Positions 45,943 to 55,549 of a stretch of 64,000 nucleotides of DNA are shown here, piece by piece (positions within the stretch are counted from its first letter, which is position 1; each line of letters opens with the position of its first letter). Position numbers and translations under genes: made by a program. The stretch is taken from assembly GCA_015272195.1 (NCBI GenBank), contig JACYMC010000023.1:5352-69351 (forward strand), written 5' to 3'. This DNA comes from Candidatus Sericytochromatia bacterium. GTDB lineage: Bacteria > Cyanobacteriota > Sericytochromatia > UBA7694. The notes beneath the pieces are model-generated. The model saw only the letters and a program-made list of their open reading frames with translations. It made no database searches and was not told the DNA's origin.

Positions 45943-47103
45943 CTAAAACCAGCGCAGCGGGTCGACCGGGTTGCCGTTCTGGCGCACTTCCATGTGCAAG
46001 TGGGGGCCGGTGCTGTAGCCCGTGCTGCCGACGGCGGCAATCACCTGGCCCTTGGTGACGCGCTGGCTGGGGCGCACATAATAGGCGGAGCTGTGGGCGT
46101 AGAGGGTCACCAGGCCCTGGCCGTGATCGATAATCACCGCTTTGCCATAGCCACCGCGCCAGCCGGCTTCGATCACCACGCCTGTGTCAGCGGCCCGGAT
46201 AGGGGTGCCTGAAGGGGCGCCAAAATCCACGCCCGTGTGCATGCGGCGGGTTTTAAAGATCGGGTGCACGCGCCAGCCAAAGCGGGAGGTCATCGGAAAG
46301 CCGGGCACGGGGTTGGTAAAGCGACCCGTGCCGAGCTTGATATTGCTCTGCTGCACGCCCTGGCGGGCATAGCGCCGCCGCAGCATGTCGGTAATGGACT
46401 GCGACTCGCGCTCCAGGGCGCGGGCCTCGCGCTCGTAGGCCTGGCGGTCGCGGGTCAGGCGCTTGAGTTCAGATTCTTCTTTCTGCTTGGCCAGCTGGTG
46501 CTGGTCTTTGGCCTCGGCCTGCTCATGGGCCTGTTTGCCAAGCACCTGGCGCTTGAGCATCTGCTGATACTGCAGCTGGGCAAAATTGTCTTTTTTGAGC
46601 TTGAGTTCGTTCAGCACCGACTGGTCCTGGGCCGCGAGGTATTTAAAATAACCCACCTTGCGGGTCAGCTCGCCCAGATTCTGTGACTCCATCAACTGGT
46701 TAACCTGGGCATACTGGCGAAACTTGTACATGCGGCGCAGGCGCTGCTGGGCGGCTTTGCGCTGGTCCTCCCAGTCTTCTTCGGCCTGAATCAGCTGTGT
46801 TTCGATTTGCTCGACTTCTTTTTGCGCGGCTTCATAGCGCCGGTTGGAAGCTTCCAGATCGCGGGCGGCTTTTTCAAGATCCTGCTGAATGTCGGCGATG
46901 TTTTCCTGCTTCTCTTTTTCCTTTTTTTTGAGGGCTTCGGCTTTTTGCTTGAGCTGCTGAATCTTGCGCTCATTTTGCTTGAGCTTATTGGCGTCAGCCC
47001 GCACATTGCGCTGGGCCAGACTGCTCTGGTGCAGCGGGCCGCTCAGGGTCAGCAGGGTCAGGGTGACAAGGGCCGCAAAACGAAACAGAAATGAAGATGA
47101 CAT
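45943..47103 (-). CDS. M23 family metallopeptidase with an N-terminal coiled coil (EnvC/NlpD-like murein hydrolase or activator)
   Basis: Signal peptide. Long coiled coil. 'GYGKAVIIDHGQGLVTLYAHSS' and 'GSTGYSTGPHLHMEVRQNGNPVDP' (HxxxD / HxH zinc motifs). Confidence 0.8.
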   Translation of the reverse strand: MSSSFLFRFAALVTLTLLTLSGPLHQSSLAQRNVRADANKLKQNERKIQQLKQKAEALKKKEKEKQENIADIQQDLEKAARDLEASNRRYEAAQKEVEQIETQLIQAEEDWEDQRKAAQQRLRRMYKFRQYAQVNQLMESQNLGELTRKVGYFKYLAAQDQSVLNELKLKKDNFAQLQYQQMLKRQVLGKQAHEQAEAKDQHQLAKQKEESELKRLTRDRQAYEREARALERESQSITDMLRRRYARQGVQQSNIKLGTGRFTNPVPGFPMTSRFGWRVHPIFKTRRMHTGVDFGAPSGTPIRAADTGVVIEAGWRGGYGKAVIIDHGQGLVTLYAHSSAYYVRPSQRVTKGQVIAAVGSTGYSTGPHLHMEVRQNGNPVDPLRWF

Positions 47104-47107
47104 AGCC

Positions 47108-47224
47108 CTATTGTACAAAAAAGCTGGCGATCGAAACAACCAGACTAAATAACACGGTCAGCACAAAACAGAGAATGGTGAAGATAATCACCGGTTTATT
47201 GTGCTTGCGCAGCTTACGAATCAT
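47108..47224 (-). CDS. Possible 38-aa hydrophobic micro-protein (MIRKLRKHNKPVIIFTILCFVLTVLFSLVVSIASFFVQ)
   Basis: ATG with GAGG about 8 nt upstream. One TM helix. Sits between uvrC and the M23 gene and overlaps the uvrC 3' end by 11 nt. Confidence 0.2.
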   Translation of the reverse strand: MIRKLRKHNKPVIIFTILCFVLTVLFSLVVSIASFFVQ

Positions 47225-49073
47225 AATGGGCCTCATTTTGATTTGATGGGGGGTGAAAATGCGCGTGCAGCGCCTGGGCCACCTTGCGTGGCAGGCCCCC
47301 GGTCAGCACCAGTTCACTCAGACTGGCTTCCCGTATTTTAGCCAGAGATCCAAAGCGCCGCAACAGTTCCACGCGCCGGCGCGGCCCAATGCCCGGAATC
47401 TGATTCAGCTCAGAATCAAGGGTGCGCTGCCCCCGGCGCTGGCGCTGGTAGGCCAGGGCAAAGCGGTGGGACTCATCGCGCACCTGCTGCAGCAGACGCA
47501 AAGCCGGCGAGTGACGCGGCAGGCGCAGCAGATCTTTGTGGCCGGGCAGCACGATCAGCTCTTCTTTTTTGGCCAGACCAATCAGGGCCGGCGGGCTGAT
47601 CTTCAGCCGACCAAAGGCTTTCATGGCAGCCGAGACCTGGCCCTTGCCGCCATCGATCAGAATCAGGTCGGGCATGGACTGCGGCGATTGATTCACACGG
47701 CGGTAGCGACGGGTGATCACTTCTTCCATCGATAAAAAGTCATTGGGCAGGCCTTCAGCCGAGCGGATCTTAAAGCGGCGGTACTCGGCTTTACTGGGCG
47801 CCCCCTGCTCAAAGACCACCATCGAGGCCACGGTCTCCTGGCCCTGAAAGTGAGAGATATCAAAGCCTTCAATGCGCAGGGGCAGATCGGGCAGCTCCAG
47901 CAATTGCTTCAGCTCCTGCAGCCCTTCGAGGGAGAGGGCGTACTTCTGACTGTGCTCAGCCTGCTGCAGGCCGTTGGCGGCGTTGGTGGCCGCCAGATCC
48001 AGCAGGGCTTTTTTGTCACCGCGCTGCGGCGTCAGCAGCCGCACCTTTTTGCCGCGCTGCTGCTGCAGCCAGGCGGCCAGGGCCTCGGCTTCGCTCTCGG
48101 GCAGGCTGTCGGGTACCAGCACTTCAGGGGGAATCTCGCCGTAACGGGCATAAAACTGGTAGATAAAGCGGGCCAGAATCTCGCCGTCAGCGTCCTGGGC
48201 CTGCACGCGAAAGGTCTGGGGCAAAGGCGTCTGCAGGCAGCCCTCGCGCACCGGAAACACCACAATATGGCACATCAGGGCGTTGCGCGCCAGCTGAATC
48301 AGATCGACGTTCAACTCGGGTTTACCCACAACTTTCTGCTTGCCGGCCGGCACAATATAGCGGCGCAGGGCGGCCAGGGTGTCGCGGATCTGACCGGCCT
48401 GCTCAAAGCGCAGAGCCTCTGAGTGCTGCTGCATTTTGGCCTGCAGGCGCTGCTGCAGCAGATCAGATTTGCCCTCTAAAAAGAGCCGGATATCCTGCAG
48501 CATGTCTTTGAATTCATCGGGGCTGACCTTGGCCTGGCAATGGCCGAGGCAGCGCCGGATCTGGTAATACATGCAGACCTGCTTTTCTTTGCGGGGGTCT
48601 TTGCACTTTTCGATCGGAAACATCTCGCGCACGGCGTTGAGCAGACCATAGACCGCGCTGGCACTGGGAAAGGGACCATAATACATGGCCGCATCCTTGC
48701 TGCGGCGCTGGCGCGCCAGCTCCAGGCGGGGATAGTCTTCGCGCCAGTCGATGCGCAGATAAGGGAAGCCCTTGCTGTTTTTGAGCAGGGTGTTGTAGCG
48801 CGGCTGGTGCTGGCGGATCAATTGCTCTTCGAGCACCAGGGCCTCGACTTCGCTGGCGGTGATAATGGTTTCAATCTGACGCACCAGGGGCACCATGACC
48901 TCGATCTTGGGGCCGTGCAGGGGCCGATCCTGAAAATAAGAGCGCACCCGGCGGGCCAGCTGGCGGGCCTTGCCCACATAGAGCAGCTGGCCGTCGGCGT
49001 CTTTCATCAGATAGACGCCCGGCTGCAGGGGCAGAGATTCCAGCTGGGATTGCAGCTCAGGCAGCAGTGCCAT
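47214..49073 (-). CDS. uvrC: Excinuclease ABC subunit C
   Basis: N-terminal GIY-YIG ('GVYLMKDADGQLLYVGKA'), UvrBC-interaction region, C-terminal RNase H-like and HhH ('LNQIPGIGPRRRVELLRRFGS'). Confidence 0.9.
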   Translation of the reverse strand: MALLPELQSQLESLPLQPGVYLMKDADGQLLYVGKARQLARRVRSYFQDRPLHGPKIEVMVPLVRQIETIITASEVEALVLEEQLIRQHQPRYNTLLKNSKGFPYLRIDWREDYPRLELARQRRSKDAAMYYGPFPSASAVYGLLNAVREMFPIEKCKDPRKEKQVCMYYQIRRCLGHCQAKVSPDEFKDMLQDIRLFLEGKSDLLQQRLQAKMQQHSEALRFEQAGQIRDTLAALRRYIVPAGKQKVVGKPELNVDLIQLARNALMCHIVVFPVREGCLQTPLPQTFRVQAQDADGEILARFIYQFYARYGEIPPEVLVPDSLPESEAEALAAWLQQQRGKKVRLLTPQRGDKKALLDLAATNAANGLQQAEHSQKYALSLEGLQELKQLLELPDLPLRIEGFDISHFQGQETVASMVVFEQGAPSKAEYRRFKIRSAEGLPNDFLSMEEVITRRYRRVNQSPQSMPDLILIDGGKGQVSAAMKAFGRLKISPPALIGLAKKEELIVLPGHKDLLRLPRHSPALRLLQQVRDESHRFALAYQRQRRGQRTLDSELNQIPGIGPRRRVELLRRFGSLAKIREASLSELVLTGGLPRKVAQALHAHFHPPSNQNEAHYDS

Positions 49074-49087
49074 GGTCAGAAAAAACC

Positions 49088-50344
49088 TCAGGCCAGATCG
49101 TCGGGCAGCTGCTCACCCCGCACCAGATCCGCATAGGCCTCGCGGGCGCGGATCACGTGGTAGCGGTCGCCGTCGACCAGCACCTCTGCCGGGCGGGGGT
49201 AGGAGTTGTACTGGGAGGCCATGCTGAAGCCATAGGCTCCGGCCCCCATTACGGCCAGCAGGTCCCCGGCCTGCAGCGGCGGCAGTTCCCGCGCCAGGGC
49301 CAGAAAGTCGCCGCTTTCACAAATCGGACCGACCACATCCACCACTTCAGCCTCACCCGTACGCGGCAGCACGGGCTGAATCTGCTGCCAGGCCTGATAC
49401 AGGGCCGGACGGATCAGGTGATGCATGCCCGTATCGACAATCGCAAAGCGTTTTTTGTAATTGCTTTTGATGTATTGCACCTGCGTCAGCAAAATGCCCG
49501 CATTGCCCACAATCACGCGACCGGGCTCAAAGACCAGGGTGCAATCCATGGCCCGTGAGCGGGCCACAATTTCGCGGGCGTATTCGTCCGGGTGGGGCGG
49601 GGTTTCGTTATTATAGGGAATACCCAGCCCGCCGCCCAGATCCAGGTAGCGCACGGGCAGGCCCTGGGCCCGCAGTTCCTGCACCACCTGCTGAATGCGC
49701 TCCAGCGCATCCAGAAAGGGGGCCAGCTCCGTGATCTGGGAACCGATATGGCAATCCACCCCCACAAGCTCCAGATGGCTGGCGGCATGGGCCTTGCCAA
49801 ACAGGGGCCGGGCGGTGTCAAGATCCACGCCAAATTTGCTCTCATAGAGCCCGGTGGCAATATACGGATGGGTGCGCGGGTCAATATCCGGGTTGACGCG
49901 AATCGAGACCCGTGCGACCTGATCGCGCGCGGCCGCCACGGCCTGAATGCGATCCAGTTCGGCTTCAGACTCCACGTTAAACACCAGAATATTGGCATCG
50001 AGGGCCTGCTCAATCTCCGGGACGGTTTTGCCCACGCCCGAAAAGACGATTTTGGCCGGATCGGCCCCCACGCGCAGGGCCCGATAGAGCTCTCCGCCGG
50101 AGACGATATCGAGGCCACTGCCCATGTTTAACAGCAGTTTAAGGATTGCAGCATTGGAATTGGCCTTCATGGAATAACAGATCATGTGTGAGACCGCCGC
50201 CAGAGGCTCGGCAAAAACCCGGTAGTGGCGGCGCAGGGTGGCCGCACTGTAGACATAGCAGGGAGAGCCGACCTCAGCGGCGATCTGGCTTAAAGGCACC
50301 TGTTCACAGTGCAGGCTGCCTTCATGAAAATCAAAATGGTGCAT
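49088..50344 (-). CDS. lysA: Diaminopimelate decarboxylase
   Basis: PLP fold-III decarboxylase: 'YSMKAN' PLP-lysine motif, 'GGGLGIPY', 'EPGR', 'CESGD'. Start moved to the internal Met (MHHFDF). Confidence 0.85.
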   Translation of the reverse strand: MHHFDFHEGSLHCEQVPLSQIAAEVGSPCYVYSAATLRRHYRVFAEPLAAVSHMICYSMKANSNAAILKLLLNMGSGLDIVSGGELYRALRVGADPAKIVFSGVGKTVPEIEQALDANILVFNVESEAELDRIQAVAAARDQVARVSIRVNPDIDPRTHPYIATGLYESKFGVDLDTARPLFGKAHAASHLELVGVDCHIGSQITELAPFLDALERIQQVVQELRAQGLPVRYLDLGGGLGIPYNNETPPHPDEYAREIVARSRAMDCTLVFEPGRVIVGNAGILLTQVQYIKSNYKKRFAIVDTGMHHLIRPALYQAWQQIQPVLPRTGEAEVVDVVGPICESGDFLALARELPPLQAGDLLAVMGAGAYGFSMASQYNSYPRPAEVLVDGDRYHVIRAREAYADLVRGEQLPDDLA

Positions 50345-50481
50345 GGGGCCTTTTCCTTTGCTGATAATGCTGGATCTGAAATTTTTTTGGATTTTTGGAT
50401 TGTACCACGCAAGCCTGAATGTTATGATTACTATAAGAAGATTAAGCAAAGATTAAGGCAAGATAAAAGAGGTTTAAGCTT

Positions 50482-50967
50482 ATGTACGTTCAGCCGCTCA
50501 CTCCCTACCATGCCCGCATGGTGGCCAATAATGTGGATTATAACTGGAGCGGCACGATCGAATCACGTGAGCTGAAGTTTCGCAACGGGTCCAAGCGTCT
50601 GGTGGATCTGGACCGCAATGGCCGGGTCAGCACCGAAGAGCTGGCCCAGTCGCTGATGCGCGGCGATATTTACATCAACAATCGTACAGCCTATCCGGCC
50701 TACCGCTATGGTTACGGCCACCCTGTACGCCCGATCTTTGGTGGCTCCCCTTACGGCAATTATCAGCCGCCTCACCCCCAGGCGCCGGGTTACCCCTATC
50801 AGCACAATCCCGGCAGCGGCGGCAATCTGGGCATGACCCTGGGTGCAACAGCTGTGGGTGCCGGTGTCGGCGCTGGTGTGGCTTACGCCATGGCCGCCCC
50901 GCTGGCCACCGGTGCCGCCGTCGGCGCAGCCATCGGCCTGGTGGGCAGCTTTCTGTTCAACCGCTAA
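50482..50967 (+). CDS. EF-hand calcium-binding motif protein with a C-terminal glycine-zipper hydrophobic domain
   Basis: Canonical 12-residue loop 'DLDRNGRVSTEE'. C-terminal 'GATAVGAGVGAGVAYAMAAPLATGAAVGAAIGLVG' GxxxG repeats. Confidence 0.5.
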   Translation: MYVQPLTPYHARMVANNVDYNWSGTIESRELKFRNGSKRLVDLDRNGRVSTEELAQSLMRGDIYINNRTAYPAYRYGYGHPVRPIFGGSPYGNYQPPHPQAPGYPYQHNPGSGGNLGMTLGATAVGAGVGAGVAYAMAAPLATGAAVGAAIGLVGSFLFNR

Positions 50968-50999
50968 AGCCCCTTTAAACCCACCATCCCCTTAATCCA

Positions 51000-51023
51000 G
51001 ACAGCCTGCGGGCTGTCTTTTTT
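51000..51023 (+). terminator. Rho-independent terminator (GACAGCC-tgcg-GGCTGTC + TTTTTT)
   Basis: 7-bp GC-rich stem, 4-nt loop, 6 U tract, 33 nt downstream of the EF-hand gene stop. Confidence 0.7.
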
Positions 51024-51118
51024 CATGCCGGCCGGTCTGTTTCGGCCCAGGCGTCCAGCACCTGGCAAATTAGACATTGGGATGCACTCTGGTATAGTGA
51101 AAAAAAAAGGAGGGATCC

Positions 51119-52951
51119 ATGTCAGATCTTGAACACACCCACAACACCCTTGAGATCAACCGCGATCTGGGAACCATGGACTTGCACCCACAGCCGGGCG
51201 GTGGCTTTCCCAAATTCCTCAAAAAACCCGCTTTCTGGTTTTTTATCCTGACCATGATGCTCTCGGTTTATATCGGCCAGAATATCAGCCCCACCTGGAC
51301 CGCTGACCGCATCACCCTTGAAGCCCAGGTGGATGAGCAGGGCGCTTATTATATGCTGCGCAACAAGCGCCGGGACATTGAAAACCCCGTCCCTTATGCT
51401 GAAGCCACCTTGCATCCTGAGCAGCTTAAACAACTCAACGCCAGCGGCCAGCCCCCTGAAGTGATGGAGCAGTATGCCGTGCACACCACGGCCACAGGCG
51501 AAACCCTTTATTACCAGCTGCTGGCCAAAAAGCACTGGGGCCCCTGGTCTTTGCTGCCTGCGCTGGTGGCGATTGGGCTCTGCTTTTTAAACCGCGAGCC
51601 GGTCACAGCCCTGCTGGGCGGTGTGGTCTCCGGCGGGCTGATTCTGGGCCATTTTGATATTCTCGACAAGGTCTTGCTGCCCAATCTGGCTACGACGACC
51701 GCCGCAGGCATGCTGATTCTTTACCTCTGGTTGCTGGGCGGCCTGATGGGAATCTGGTCGCGCATGGGTGCCCCCCGCGCCTTTGCTGAGCTGATGACCA
51801 AACACGTGGTCAAAGGCCCCCGCAGTGCCAAGCTGGTGGGCTGGATTCTGGGCGTGGTCTTCTTTCAGGGCGGCACGGTCAGCACCGTCCTGGTCGGCAC
51901 CACCGTCAAGCCGCTCTGCGACAAAGAAAATGTCTCACACGAAGAGCTGGCTTATATCGTCGACTCGACCGCCTCACCGATTGCCTCTCTGATCGCCTTC
52001 AACGCCTGGCCTGGCTATGTACAGGCCTTTTTATTTGTGGCCGGCGTGCCCTTTCTGGCGACGGAAGCCGATCGCATTGCCTTTTTCTTTAAGAGTATTC
52101 CCTTCAGCTTTTACGCCATCTTTGCCGTGCTGAGCACCTTTTTGCTCAGCATCGACAAGCTGCCCTGGATGAGCAAAAACATGCGTACAGCCATTGACCG
52201 CAGCCGCAACCAGGGTCTGCTGGATGCCCCGTACGCCAAACCGCTGGCGGCCTCTGATCTCGAAAACGACAATATCGCGCCCGGTTATACACCCAGCGTC
52301 TGGGACTTTTTTGCGCCGCTGATTCTGCTGATTGGCCTGGCGATTGCCACCTTTCTGATCTTTGGCTCGCCCAAAGTGCGCTGGGCTTTTGGTGCCGGCC
52401 TGCTGCTGGCAGCGGGCATGGCCCTGTTTAAGGGCATGTCGCTGCTGGATCTGATCGACGGTTTTGGCGACGGCATGAAAGGCGTGGTGATGGGCTCGGT
52501 GATTCTGCTGCTGGCCATCACGATTGGCGCCATCAGCCAGGAAACCGGTGGTGGCAACTACCTGGTCGAGCTACTGGGCGAAAGCCTGCCGTACTGGGCT
52601 CTGCCGACCTTTCTGGCCCTGCTGACGATGATCATGGCCTTTTCGACCGGCTCCAGTTTTGGCACCTATGCCGTGGCCTTTCCACTGGCCATGCCCCTGG
52701 CCTGGGCCATTGCCGAAAGCCAGGGCCTGGGCAACCCCATGCTCTATATGATGGTGGCCTTTGCCTCTGTGCTCAACGGCAGTGTCTTTGGCGACCAGTG
52801 CTCGCCCATCTCAGACACCACCGTGCTGAGTGCCATGTGTACAGGCTGTGACCTGATGGATCACGTCAAAACCCAGCTACCCAACGCCGCCGTGGCCGCC
52901 GTACTGGCGATCATTGGCTGGACCCTGACCGTGGTCCTGTTTGCCGCTTAG
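51119..52951 (+). CDS. Polytopic membrane transporter, NhaC-type Na+/H+ antiporter-like family
   Basis: 610 aa with at least 12 hydrophobic helices. Family assignment is tentative. Confidence 0.4.
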   Translation: MSDLEHTHNTLEINRDLGTMDLHPQPGGGFPKFLKKPAFWFFILTMMLSVYIGQNISPTWTADRITLEAQVDEQGAYYMLRNKRRDIENPVPYAEATLHPEQLKQLNASGQPPEVMEQYAVHTTATGETLYYQLLAKKHWGPWSLLPALVAIGLCFLNREPVTALLGGVVSGGLILGHFDILDKVLLPNLATTTAAGMLILYLWLLGGLMGIWSRMGAPRAFAELMTKHVVKGPRSAKLVGWILGVVFFQGGTVSTVLVGTTVKPLCDKENVSHEELAYIVDSTASPIASLIAFNAWPGYVQAFLFVAGVPFLATEADRIAFFFKSIPFSFYAIFAVLSTFLLSIDKLPWMSKNMRTAIDRSRNQGLLDAPYAKPLAASDLENDNIAPGYTPSVWDFFAPLILLIGLAIATFLIFGSPKVRWAFGAGLLLAAGMALFKGMSLLDLIDGFGDGMKGVVMGSVILLLAITIGAISQETGGGNYLVELLGESLPYWALPTFLALLTMIMAFSTGSSFGTYAVAFPLAMPLAWAIAESQGLGNPMLYMMVAFASVLNGSVFGDQCSPISDTTVLSAMCTGCDLMDHVKTQLPNAAVAAVLAIIGWTLTVVLFAA

Positions 52952-52962
52952 TCTGTCATGAT

Positions 52963-53781
52963 TTAAGTCTGCGGGCTGTGCCGGATTTCGGCATGGCCCG
53001 TCAGCGGCACGGCAAAGCCCGCCGCATTGCGGTGCCCCCCGCCGCCAAAGCGGGCCGCAATAGCGGCCACGTCGTTTTCGCCCACCGAGCGCAAGCTGAA
53101 CTTGCGCTGGCCCTCATGCTCGGCATAACAGGCGGCAAACGGGGCTTTGGGGTATTTGAGGCAGAGCTGATTGCCCAGCTCAGAGGCAAACAGGGGTGTA
53201 TTGACCGCAGGCACCCGCTGGCCGCAGATTTCCAGCCAGTCCACTTTCTGGCTCAGGCGCTCCACCAGTTGCTGCTTAAAGCGCAACACCACTTTACCTT
53301 CTGCACGCAGGGTTTCAACATCCAGGGCATCCCAGGCCGCAAAGTCCAGTGGGTAAATCGAGAGGGCCGTACAGATTTCGGCACTGTCGGGCAAGACCCA
53401 GGTCCAGAGATCCTGATCCTGCACATACTGCAGCAAAAGCGGCACTTCGGTATCAGGGTGAAAAAACTGCCAGGCCATTACGGCCCCGGAGCGCTGCATA
53501 TCAAATTCGGCAAAATCAAGCCCGGCCAGATCCGCCTGGGCGGTTTTGTGGTGGTCGAGCACCTTGATGCGATGCTTCTGGGCCAGTTCGAGCAAAATCT
53601 GACGGGGGTAGGCATAGTCGATAATATACACTTCAGAACCGGTCGGCATATCGGGTGGAGCCTCACCGTGCTTGACAGGCAGATAGCGGGCCTGCTCGCC
53701 AAAGCGCTTCCAGGCGGCCCAGGCCGCGCCAAAGCCATCGGGACAGTTGGCGTGAAACAGAATAAAACGGGATGTGCTCAT
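52963..53781 (-). CDS. DHH/DHHA1 family phosphoesterase (NrnA-like oligoribonuclease / pAp phosphatase)
   Basis: 'ILFHANCPDGFGAA' (motif I-II), 'VLDHHKT' (DHH motif), C-terminal 'GGGGHRNAAGF' (DHHA1 GGGH). Confidence 0.7.
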   Translation of the reverse strand: MSTSRFILFHANCPDGFGAAWAAWKRFGEQARYLPVKHGEAPPDMPTGSEVYIIDYAYPRQILLELAQKHRIKVLDHHKTAQADLAGLDFAEFDMQRSGAVMAWQFFHPDTEVPLLLQYVQDQDLWTWVLPDSAEICTALSIYPLDFAAWDALDVETLRAEGKVVLRFKQQLVERLSQKVDWLEICGQRVPAVNTPLFASELGNQLCLKYPKAPFAACYAEHEGQRKFSLRSVGENDVAAIAARFGGGGHRNAAGFAVPLTGHAEIRHSPQT

Positions 53782-53911
53782 GGCGCTAAGGCCTCCTTAC
53801 AGGCGAGAATCGGGCCTTCAGCATAGCATATTCCCCCTTGACCGCCGCCTTTGCCAACGTGGTATTCTGGCAATATTACCTGTTCAAACAACCAAGGAGA
53901 ATCACAAAACC

Positions 53912-54394
<483 letters not shown>

Positions 54395-54415
54395 GCAAGA
54401 CAGCAGCGCTCTGCT

Positions 54416-55357
54416 TCAGGCGTCGAGCAGATCCTGCAACTGCTCGACCGTGCTGACGAGCCGGGCATAGACCGGCTCCAGCAGGGCAATACTGTAGCCC
54501 TGGCTTTCGGTCTGGTCGAGCAGGTCAGCAAAGCGATCGCACTCGTCGAGGTATTTTTCAAGCTTCTGCTCCATCGCTGCTGAGGACCCAAGGCACAGAG
54601 AAACATCCTGCTGTACCTGCTCGGTCAGGGTTTTGATTTCGTGCTGGGTGCGCAGCAGGCGCGAAGACGCCTGACGCAGCCCCTGCAGCTTCGTGATCGC
54701 CGACTCCAGCGGCCGCAGCTGCTGACGCAGCGAAGCCGTGTCAAAGTCCAGCTCCAGATCGGCCAGCTTTTCGTTGAAGGCCGCACGGGCCTGCTCCAGG
54801 CTGGCATACTGGTCTTCAAGCGCTTTAAAAGCCGGCGGGGTCAGGGCCAGATCCCAGCGCAGATGCCGCAACTGAGCCAACTGCGCGGTAATCAGGGCCT
54901 GAACCTCTTCAAACAGGGCATCGCCCAGATCGTCATCAGGCTCTTCGCCATCCAGCGCCACCAGCGAAAAGTCATCTTCAGGCGCTGGCTCTGCCGCGTA
55001 GGCATCCGGGTTCTGAATATAATCGGTCAGGGTTAAAATATCCTGATTACGGGGATCTATGCGGCGTCCCTCGTTGAGATAGCGCACAGCCATCACATGG
55101 TCACCCAGCAGGATCAGCAGATAAGCCATGCCAACATAGGCATCCACATTCTGGCGGCCATACTGAATCGCCCGGATAAAGCCCTCACTGGCCTGCTTGA
55201 GGGATTCTTTATCTTCAAATGCCGACGCCTGGGCACGCGCCAGGGCGGCCAGTCCCTGCTCATAGGCATCGTCACTGGTATGGCGGCGGTTGGAGGCCAG
55301 ACGGTTGGTCTGATCTTTCATTTGCTGTAATAGCGCCAGGTCCATGAGTCGGTCCAC
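54416..55357 (-). CDS. Hypothetical coiled-coil / TPR-like protein
   Basis: 313 aa. N-terminal TPR-like segment ('ASEGFIRAIQYGRQNVDAYVGMAYLLILLGDHVMAVRYLNEGRRIDP'), then coiled coil. Confidence 0.45.
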   Translation of the reverse strand: MDRLMDLALLQQMKDQTNRLASNRRHTSDDAYEQGLAALARAQASAFEDKESLKQASEGFIRAIQYGRQNVDAYVGMAYLLILLGDHVMAVRYLNEGRRIDPRNQDILTLTDYIQNPDAYAAEPAPEDDFSLVALDGEEPDDDLGDALFEEVQALITAQLAQLRHLRWDLALTPPAFKALEDQYASLEQARAAFNEKLADLELDFDTASLRQQLRPLESAITKLQGLRQASSRLLRTQHEIKTLTEQVQQDVSLCLGSSAAMEQKLEKYLDECDRFADLLDQTESQGYSIALLEPVYARLVSTVEQLQDLLDA

Positions 55358-55479
55358 CTTTCAAACAACACAAAGCATCTGTGCATCATTGTAGCTCAAG
55401 TCCCCGAACATGGCGAAACCCCGGTGCACTTCAAGCCACAAGCCGGCATAAATTGCGTGAAGCCCGGCCCCAGATAAGC

Positions 55480-55532
55480 TATAATAGAGGGCAATACTGA
55501 TCACAACTGTGTCACGGTTTGACCTGACACAG
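55480..55532 (+). promoter_or_regulatory. TATAAT -10 box followed by a perfect 8-bp inverted repeat CTGTGTCA-N10-TGACACAG in the leader of 55550..56758
   Basis: -10 at 55480..55485. IR arms at 55507..55514 and 55525..55532. AAGGGAGAAAG Shine-Dalgarno just before the ATG. Confidence 0.35.
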
Positions 55533-55549
55533 CACAAGGGAGAAAGCTT

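Noticed and set aside
45925-45960. Possible hairpin between the convergent rhodanese and M23 genes
   Set aside because: Only a 5-bp stem with a 14-nt loop, so not convincing as a terminator.
49513-50118. 201-aa minus-strand alternative-frame ORF and 179-aa plus-strand ORF inside lysA
   Set aside because: Overlap a well-supported PLP decarboxylase frame.
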